Origin: Eledone cirrhosa
Taxonomy: Eukaryota
NCBI GenBank assembly: GCA_964016885.1
Contig: OZ024740.1
Location: 374,728,001 to 374,792,000, forward strand
Length of the DNA stretch: 64,000 bases
Reading direction: 5' to 3'
A program made the translations under genes and the position numbers. The notes under the pieces were generated by a model. That model searched no databases. It saw only the letters and a program-made list of their open reading frames with translations, and was not told the origin of the DNA. Every line of letters begins with the position of its first letter. Position 1 is the stretch's first letter. Positions 54,286 through 64,000 of the stretch are shown here, piece after piece.

Positions 54286-56219
54286 TGCGAATATATATAT
54301 ATATATATACAAATATAATTTCAGCGAGATCGTATTTCAGCGGCGGCCAAAACAAAACGAGGCGCAGTTTTCGAGATATGTCGGCAAGCGCTCAATGGAC
54401 TGTTTGGGAAGAAGCCAAAGAAATTAACATACGTTATAAGGGCCAGGCACATTATAAAAATGGCTGCGAAGTGACAAGCCAGGCAGCTGAAAAAGAGAGC
54501 AAGGTAAACAGGTTAACAAAAATTAGTTGCACCTTCCTGGGACTTGGTGGTAATATGCAGTGGGATTATTTTGCTCTGAACCGGCTACGGGTTCAAATGA
54601 AGCGTTAGTGATTCCGCTGCCTCACGTGGTTACTCTGCAATGGAGGTAACCCCTGTTTTTGGCGGGTACATTCAAATTGTATAAGGGAATTGTAAAACAT
54701 TGCAAAAAACAATAATATTGACTATTCAATATCTTGGGGATCAATTTCGAAAGCACCCGCATACCGAAATATGGCTCTCTCAAGAATCTTTCATTTGTGT
54801 ATTTAATAATTTTTGTATATACTTACCTGCCAAAACTCTATCAGCTTAAAGAAAGAAATATTCAGTTCCTGCAGGTATCGCCAAAAAATGACTTTCCGAA
54901 GTATTTATAATCTATAGTTTATAATTCACTTATTCACATTCTATGTCTTCACTATTATTTTGTCAATGTTTAGTTGTGATTTTTAAATGATATTTTTCTT
55001 TTCATATAATATTTTTACAAATTAATTTTACAAATGTTATTATTTTCCAATTGATATTCTTCTTAGGGTTATTTAATTGATATTTTGTATATTTTATAAT
55101 TGATATTTCTTAATTGATATTTTGAAATATATCTTTTTCCGTGATAGTTTTCTAAATACACTGATGATGTCTGTAATAATATTTTTTCCGTAATTGACTA
55201 TATAGATAATATCTAAATACATATATAAAATAAATTCTCATCTTTGAAAAATTGTAATATAAAATACCTTATAATCATACACAAAATAATATATGAAATT
55301 TTTTCCACATACATTCCGCATTTTTTAAAGTAAATTCTAAAATAAATGACAAATATAACATAAATGACAAATCTAACATAGTGTAACATTGGAGTTATCT
55401 TTTCGTTTTCGTTTTCCTTTTCCTTTATAATCTAGCACCCATAAACATCCTCTCTTCTTAACAACATAAATACTAAAGTCTCAATACTTTTCGTTAATAA
55501 TTTTCCGCAAATGTTTTCTATCATGATTGAACTATTTGATTGTACAAAAAGTTATTCTCCAATACAATTTGAACTACGTCTTTTTCTTAATTATATATTG
55601 AAAATGTAAACACAATATCCTTCGTAACCCTTAAATTATATTTGAATTAATAACAGCATATATAATCATAAATGATATTTTTATTTATTTATATAAATAC
55701 GTATATAAATGACCGGTTGTAATATAATAATCTAAAGTGTCTTTAAAACCTTAGTTCGTCATAAAATCTAATTATATAGATTATCTATGATTTGGTTATA
55801 TATTTTAAATTTTTGAGTAGTATTCTACCACTTCAACACATTTTAAATTTTAATTTTTAAATCTACTTACACCTTAATACTAATATTAGCCTCTCTTTCT
55901 TCTTTCTTCTTCTTCGTTTATAAACTTTCCTAATAATTATTTAAATTTACCTAGCGTCTAAATATAACGATTATTCCAGTCTACGCTTACACTTCATATA
56001 TTTATCCATCCTAAAGATTTGAAATTTTCCTCTTTTTCTTTCACTATCCAAACGGAACCTGAATCGATAAGATCTGGTTTCTCGGGTACGTCACTATTTA
56101 TAAAACAAATTTGTATTTTACCTGATGAGGGCGTTCCAAAGTGTGTTGGTACCCTTGAAATATATTTTAATAAAATAAATATGGTTTTATAAATATATTT
56201 TCCACTTATTAATATAATT

Positions 56220-56257
56220 GATGTATATATATATATATATAGAGAGAGTATACATAA

Positions 56258-56326
<69 letters not shown>

Positions 56327-56341
56327 CATAATATATATATA

Positions 56342-56398
<57 letters not shown>

Positions 56399-56414
56399 GT
56401 ATAATATATATATA

Positions 56415-56466
<52 letters not shown>

Positions 56467-56481
56467 CATAATATATATATA

Positions 56482-56525
<44 letters not shown>

Positions 56526-56538
56526 ATATATATATATA

Positions 56539-56618
<80 letters not shown>
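56220..56618. repeat. (TA)n tract
   Basis: direct sequence. Confidence 0.95.
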
Positions 56619-56621
<3 letters not shown>

Positions 56622-59600
56622 CAAGAATGAAGAGTGACATGGTTTGCTCTACAATAAGGGCTTTATTCACATTGCTCACAATTTATCTGAACTCGTAGGT
56701 CTCGAAATCGCTACCCACCTGTTATTGTGTCAATTGATCACCAATATTTTGTTATAACCAGTCAGTTCATCACAGCGTGCGAGAAAGAAGGGAATACACA
56801 AGCATGGCTTCTATATATAGCAGTGGCATTAAATCAGACCAATAATAATACTAGCAATACTACAATAAATTAGCTAGACCGTTAATATTTAAAATAATCA
56901 CAACATCAATCTAAGTAAGACAGAGTATACTAATGACTTTAGCATGTAAAACGAGCTGATACGAAGCAGATGTATGAAGTTCTATGGATCTTGACACATA
57001 CAATAATTTCATCCAGCGTGAACTACACCAAAAATACAAAAAAAAAATGAATCCACACTCCCCAGCATTGACAAGGAGGGCCTTAGGATAGTAAATAAAC
57101 TCGGAACATGCGATAGAACCGAGCCTCTAACCCCATGTAACCCCACATTTAACCTTAAGGATCAGAAAAATAATTTTGAAGTAAATCCTACTAGCAGATT
57201 AATATGCCCATCTAAGTTGGATATAGGTAAAATTAGCAAGAATATTCTAGATAGGGTTATCGCACAAATAAAGGGAAAACTAGAAATCACTTTATGGGGT
57301 AACACTAACGAGGCGATTGAATAGTTCAGTAAAATAAGAAATAGAGAAGCATGTGACTTCATACAATTCGATATAAACGATGTCTACGCGTCTATATCCC
57401 CGGCCACGCTTGATAAAGCGCTTATATTTACCCACAATAACTTCGATCTTACCCCTGATGAAATTGAAATAATACTAGCTGCGAGAAGGACTATCATAAA
57501 ATTTGAAAAATAGCTATTCGGTAAGAAAAGATAGGATAAACAGATTCAAAATCACAATGGGATCGAACGATTCAGCGCAAATCACTGACGTCGTTGGTTT
57601 ATTTATTGCTCACAACCTACATAAAGAATTCAGTAACCTCAAAGGAGGGATTTATAGAGATGACACGCTCCTTATAGCTAGGAACTTAAACAACCAGAGC
57701 ATAGAAATATTAAGAAAAAACATTAGAACATCCTTCAAAAAACTAGGCCTAAATATTACGTATGAACTGAATCATAAAAAAGCAAACTTTATAGATGTAA
57801 CCCTAAATTTAAATACCGGATTAATAGAACCCTTCCACAAAAATAATGAGAATCTGGCATACATTAGCTATAATTCAAACCACACCCGATCCATAATCAG
57901 ATCCATAGCACGTAGTGTATCCATTATATCCCGATTATCCTCAAACCTAGACATTTTTAATGAGCATGCTAACTATTATAACGCGGCATTATATAGGGCC
58001 GGACACAAATAAAATCTGCAATTTATAACGGATAAGGACAACTCAAACAAACCCACTAACACTGACACCAACCGCTCACACAAAAATAGAGCTAACAGAA
58101 CTAGACATAGAGGTAGGCAAATAACCCCTAGAGTACGTGACCCAAACACGAATAATGTAAACCCTAGAAACTATAGAAGAATTAGAGAAAGAAAATAACT
58201 GTGGTTTAATCCAATCTTCAACTCCTCTGTAAAAACTAAACTGCCTTCTACGTTTTTAAAAGTAATAGATAAACACTTCCCTATATCACATAGATATCAT
58301 AAAATCCTCAATAGAAAAACTATAAAACTCTCATACTCTACGGCTGCAAATATTGAATCCCACGTACGCAAGATAAACCACAGAAATACCTCTACGGAGA
58401 CCGCCACACCTATGCGCAACATAGCAGCAAATTCTAAACATAAACACATCACAGTATCACAACCGCAAACGCATACGAACGCACCGGGCACGAATCACAA
58501 CCCACTTATAGCAGTATACAAAACAGCAGTGTGGAAGTTCCATAGAATAACACCTCAAACTGCAATTGTCACCTACCAGATAGGTGCCCATTGGCGAACA
58601 GGTGCCTTGATTCGAGCCTAGTGTACATGTGTACGGTGAAATCGGGCAACTCCACTTGGCATTACATTGGATCCACCGCAGATACTTTTAAAAAAGAGAT
58701 GGTATGTGCACAGACATTAGATGAAGAACCGTGCATAATAGGTTCTACAACCCCCGCCAACAAAATCTGGGAACTTAAGGAAAAAACGTCGACTACAATA
58801 TCAACTGGTCGTGGTTGTCGGCCGCAAGGGCATATAGTACCGGTATGTCCTATTGTAGGCTCTGCGATCTTGAATTACTATATATCTTTAGGAACGATAA
58901 AAGTCTACTCAACAACAAGATAGAAAGGTCAATTTTCTGCAGACACAGGATCGCTACTAAATTCACAAGATTTAAGCCACCGTGATTCGAACCAACATAA
59001 CTTAGCATTCAACATATGAAATCCGCACTCTCACACAGACCACCACACAACTATAATATTCTTTAAGCCGCTTCTAGCCTTCTTAATTCTATACCACAGT
59101 AATGCCTGCAAATATCTTACAAACCCATAAATATATCTCTTCTCGGCTGCTGTCAGCACAATTCCTCACTCTTGATTCTCAACAGATGAACTTAATTCCA
59201 AGTACATTATTTGACTACTACCACAGTCCTTGAAATATCAACTACCACCTGTTGTTATAATGACTACCCCAATGTATCCGTAATTGTAGTCATTATGTTC
59301 TTTATATATATACCTTTCTTCTTAACCTCTGTATCAACTTACTTACTATATTGCTGTTACGATCTGAGTTCACATCCCGCCGAGGTTGACTTTGCCTTTC
59401 ATCCTTACGGGGTCGATAAAATAAAGTACCAGTAATGCACTGGGTAATTACTGGCCGTGTGCCTAAAGTAGAAATAATACTTATTATTATTATATTATTA
59501 TTATTATTATTGTAGTCTTATCCATGCATGATGTGTTATTGATGCTGTAAAATCTAAAGAACCCCATGATTCGAACTAACAATCCCTTCATCTAATATAG

Positions 59601-60170
59601 ACCACTTAAATAACGAATCCGCTTTACACCACATTGCCATCCCCACTACAATGAAAATATTTTATCTGTCAGATAATAACTAATTCTTACGGTCAGCAAA
59701 CCTACAGTAAAGTAAATGGTCCATTGTTTCAAGCCCCAGGTTATCTCTACACTATATATAATACACCCCAGCACAGCTTTTACATGTCAAGTTCATACAT
59801 CTGATTCGTATCAGCTCGTTTTACATGCAAAAGTCATCAGTATACACTATGTCTTACTTAGATTGATGTTGTGATTATTTTAAATATTTAGGGTCTAGCT
59901 AATTTATTGTAGTATTGCTAGTATTGTTAGTATTGTTATTATAGTTCTGATTTAATGCCACTACTATATATAGAAGCCATGCCTGTGTATTTCCTTCATT
60001 CTCGCACGCTCTGATGAACTGAATTGTTATAACAATGTATTGGTGATCGATTGACGGTAAAACAGGCGGCTAGAGATCTCTAGAACTACCAGTTCATAGA
60101 AACAATTGTCAGCAATGTGAATAAATCCCGTATTGTAGAGCAAACCATGTCACTCTTCTTTCTTGATTTA
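56619..60170 (+). mobile_element. Decayed PLE (ORF ~56985-58985) flanked by ~370-bp inverted pseudo-LTRs
   Basis: MGSNDSAQITD, IYRDD, YIGST; 56619-56995 is an inverted match to 59785-60170; SINE inserted at 59360-59480. Confidence 0.88.
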
Positions 60171-60338
60171 TTATTACTGCAAGTGTAAACTACATAGTAA
60201 TCACCACTTACTCGCAGTATCACTATGGAAACGTCTTGTTGAACCAAACTTTGCCAAACATTAACACTATCCACTACTTGGAGTACCCTAATTGGACTAC
60301 ACCTAAGTGGACTACATATAACAATAATTTGTTATCCC

Positions 60339-60404
<66 letters not shown>

Positions 60405-60519
60405 TAAGAAACACATGCACCAGTTGCTTTCACTTCAATTTATTATAATATATTTATAAATTTAGGAATTTATACATTCCTGGTTGGTTTGTTGGTTCCA
60501 CAACCAGATAGTTGTTTAT

Positions 60520-62700
60520 ATATATTGTCAAAGTTATTTCGTCACACATTATGCGACCTCTTCAATGACTGGGGATTCTTTTCGTCGTGTTTTGCCTCTC
60601 CTTTGTTCTGTCCTACGCCATTTTGTTTATGTGTGTGTTGTGTGCTCAGTCTGCGCATGCGCCACATCCGGGTGCTTGTGTGTGTTTATATTTGTTTATT
60701 TATTTGTTTATGTACATGTTACCGGTTGGTTGTTTGTTCTATGTGTGTGTGTGTTTTCATTTTGTCCTTAATTGTAAGTTGTGATGTTGCTGTTCCACTC
60801 ATATTTTCTATTTAACTTTGGTTGTAATTCTTTTATGTTTATTGCCTCTGTGATTTGTCTAAACATTGCGTCTTTTCTGTGTGTAGATTCTATTTTTATT
60901 TCTATGTTCTCTAATTTACCCTTATGTTCTATTTTAGCATGTTGGTAGAGTACAGATGATTCTTTACTATCTTGAAGGTCTCGCCAGTGTTCATTTATCC
61001 GTTCCCCTACACTACGAGCTGTCTCACCTATGTACACTATATTTTTGTCTCTACATTGTCCTTCAGTACATCTTATGCTATACACTACATTTCTAGTTTT
61101 ACAGTTAATATGTGGGCTTATTTTACAGGTTATACATTTCTTATCTATACAGGGGGGTCTTTGGAAAGGGTATGTCTTGCTAATAAGTGTTTTTACGGAG
61201 GTACCTGGTCTTTCTACTATCTTAATATTGAGTTCATGTTTATCTAGGGCCCTTCTAAATTCATCGATACAACCCCTACAACCCCTAGAGGTGAATTAGC
61301 TTACAAATTTAGAAGGGCCCTAAATAAACATAAACTCAATATTAAGATAGTAGAAAGACCAGGGGTTGTATCGATGAACATTACACTCTGGTATTTATTG
61401 CTATCATACCATGAGTTTATTCTATTAGCCTTATTCCTAGTTCTTTCTATTCTATTCCAAAATGTGCTCCTTTACAAGGGGCAGGTCCCATTTGTGTCAT
61501 TATTTACCATTTTTTCCCATTTGGTGCTGGCTCATCTATACACTCTGATTATATCTCTCTGATTGTAACCAGAGAACTGCATACGGTGGATGAAGTGTTG
61601 TATGTGTCTCTGTAGTTCTTCGGGGTTTCACATGCGGGACACGTTTCTCATCACCCGTACCAAATCCGCAATCAGTATGTTGATTTTGGTATGGTCCGAA
61701 ACAGCCGAGGTTCGGTGGATCAGATGTTTGGAAGTCATGGGTTTGGCATAATGGGAATGGAGGATTTGTTTTTTGTTATTAATGGTATCTAAGCAGAGCT
61801 CTGTGTCTAGTACAGGTAATCGATGGTTGGGGTGTTTACGTGGGTAGTCTATAGTAACTCTAATACTCTGGTGGATGGAGTTAGCTATTTGCTGGATGCT
61901 TTCCATTGTGTTTTTCTCTAGTTCCTGACCGTTCTCTAGTGGGGGTGTCTTAACTACGATATTTATATCGTCAACGTAGCGGGAGTACATTATCAGGGTT
62001 AAGGGGTCTTCTAATTGTTCTTTAAGTTTAAATTTAATTCTACTTTCCCACCATACCATGAATAAGTTAGCTATGTCGCCTGCAATGCTAACACCAATGG
62101 CTGCTCCTTCCTCTTGGGCATATGTTTTTCCATTAAATGTGAACATATGTTCCTTAAGGGTTAGTTGTATGCTGGCCCCTACCGCATGTGCAATCATTTT
62201 CTTCAGTTCATCGTGCTTTTCGGGTGTCCGTATGGCTCTGGTCCACCCGTTCCATCTATCTGTGTGGGTTTTCTTGGCGATTGAGGTAATGGTAGGTGGT
62301 CTGCCTCTTGCTGGTCTTGTACGGCACAGGTTGCTAAGGTCATATGAGTCTAGGTAATTATTACTATAGGTAAGTTTATGTAGGAGTCCCAGCTCACTGG
62401 TATCAATCCCACGGAACTCAACATTGCTCTCATTGATCATTTCTACACATTTCTCCACAGCAAAATCCACGTCAATAGATGGATACAGGGACACAACATC
62501 CATACTACCTATTATGCAGTTTGTTAGGTCCCTAGATCGGTTACTCTCGCCGATTCTGCTGAGGAGGTCCCCTGTGCTGTCACATACATCTGGGTACATT
62601 TCAATGATGGGGCGTATGATGAGGGAGAGGAGGTAGGACAGTCTGTAGTTACTAGCAATGTTAGCTCCACAGACTGGCCGTGTTGGTGGTCCCGTGAAGT
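60520..62700 (-). mobile_element. 5'-truncated PLE (RT + GIY-YIG) with 3' hammerhead-like motif
   Basis: SMDVVSLYPSI, GAAIG, RYVDDI, LPVLD, YIGETARS; GTCA-ttgaaga-stem-GAAAT..TGAC at 60526-60570. Confidence 0.88.
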
Positions 62701-62735
62701 ATAGAAGTGGTTACACAACAGTTATTTTACCGTAC

Positions 62736-62773
62736 CGAGAACAATTGTTCCACCTTAGCGGATCCTCAGCTCG
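62736..62773 (-). ncRNA. Minimal hammerhead-like motif
   Basis: CGAG-CTGAGGA-tccgctaaggt-GGAAC aatt GTT-CTCG (GAAA changed to GGAA). Confidence 0.6.
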
Positions 62774-62959
62774 TAATGCGCATGGTTATACGTAACAGGT
62801 AGGACAACCGTACGAATACGCAAGCGCAGAAACCCATCACTTCAACAGGCAATACTAAAATGCGTGCAAGAGGTGTAAGGGAGATAACTGCGAAAGTTCG
62901 AAAAGTGTTTAGTTGATAAGAAAAACTATTGATGGTGTTACAATAATTCGCTTTAGAAT

Positions 62960-63755
62960 ATGTATTCCTTCGTCAATAAACAGTTCACACGATGCTATTC
63001 CCCTTGCATATGGTTTGGACTTAGTGAAGGCTTTCCATTGAATGGAGTAGTCTATACGTGAGTCTTCGAGGAACCATACGAGGCTCGCGTGTTTCGTGGA
63101 TGAACGTCTGGCCGGGTACTTAAGGTCAACTGATGATTCAGGAAACGTTCCTTAAATCGGCCCTCCGCCATGCCCAAATAGGATTTGACCTCCTGTGGTT
63201 GGTTTAGTCGGTTGGAAGTGACCACAGCTTCATAAATTGCAGCTGGTGTGTTGCATTGCTGTTGGAGGGGGGAAGCTTCGGGCTTAGGGCAAGAGCACCC
63301 TGGTGGGGTGTTTCTCCTAGGGTTGATGGTGACGTGGGCCTTCATGTTCTTAGCGCAGGAGTATCCTAGTTTTAGTCTGTGTAGGTTAAAGATAGAGCAG
63401 TATTTATGGCCTATGGGAAAGTGTCTATCTAAGAGGGCTAGAAAATGTTTGCCTACATTGGTTTTAACGTTGAGTGAGAATGTAGGAGAGAACCAGATAG
63501 TTTGTCTATTGTTGCGTTTCTTTTCTCATTGGTGTTGTTGATGTTGGGAGAGTAAGTGATAGGTTGTGACCAATCTTATAGAGAGAGATGGAGATAGGAG
63601 AGGAGAGGGGAGAGGAGAGATTGGTGAATTAGTTAGAAGCCAAAGCGTAAAGGCAATGCGTAAAGCTCAATGTGCAATATGCAGTGGAAAGCAGCTAGGT
63701 GGCTGGGTTCATGCAGAAGTTAGGTGCTCAGAGCTGGAAATATTCATTAGTTAAG
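62960..63755 (-). mobile_element. PLE 3' fragment (RT thumb + GIY-YIG)
   Basis: IWFSPTFSLNVKTNVG, HFP, CSCPKP..PLQQQC, SYLGMAEGRFKERFLNH. Confidence 0.8.
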
Positions 63756-64000
63756 CAAAACAAGACCACAAATTTCACAAGGAAGACATTATTAAAAGAT
63801 TGTCAACACATTTTAGTTTGATGTAAGGAATGTAGAGAATAAAAATATGAATAATAATAATGTCCATTTACAATTGTTTCTCTACTCCATATAATATTTC
63901 TGGAGCAAATGATTATATATCATTATTGATCTGGTTTAGTTGAAAATAATTAACATACGTAAAGATAGATCAGCTCATCGGAACTTCAAAGGAATATAAT

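Noticed and set aside
55158-55230. CTGATGA hammerhead candidate
   Set aside because: No GAAA or consistent stems downstream

Overview
AT-rich, microsatellite-dense animal DNA that is almost entirely transposon-derived. The SINE families and repeat make-up suggest an octopus or other cephalopod, but that is inference. Main contents: (1) a very young, apparently full-length RTE-clade LINE (~9365-15943) with six near-identical 458-bp 5' monomers, a 991-aa endonuclease-RT ORF carrying an inserted PHD finger, and a (TGA)n tail; (2) at least ten Penelope-like element (PLE) copies or fragments, several with inverted pseudo-LTRs, plus about 18 hammerhead-ribozyme-like motifs, some in fold-back palindromes sitting in (TA)n tracts; (3) a decayed Rep-helicase Helitron (17.6-22.5 kb); (4) a second decayed Helitron/Helentron-type Pif1 helicase followed directly by a complete but degenerate USP (peptidase C19) deubiquitinase domain (44.7-46.8 kb, minus); (5) a deleted Chapaev3-like transposon, an R4/Dong LINE fragment, a TA-flanked MITE and many tRNA-derived SINEs. 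A 30-nt micro-exon and a terminal exon of a possible host gene lie on the minus strand at 30-31.4 kb (tentative). No rRNA, true tRNA gene or CRISPR array was found. All calls were read by eye with no database searches; boundaries of decayed elements are approximate.
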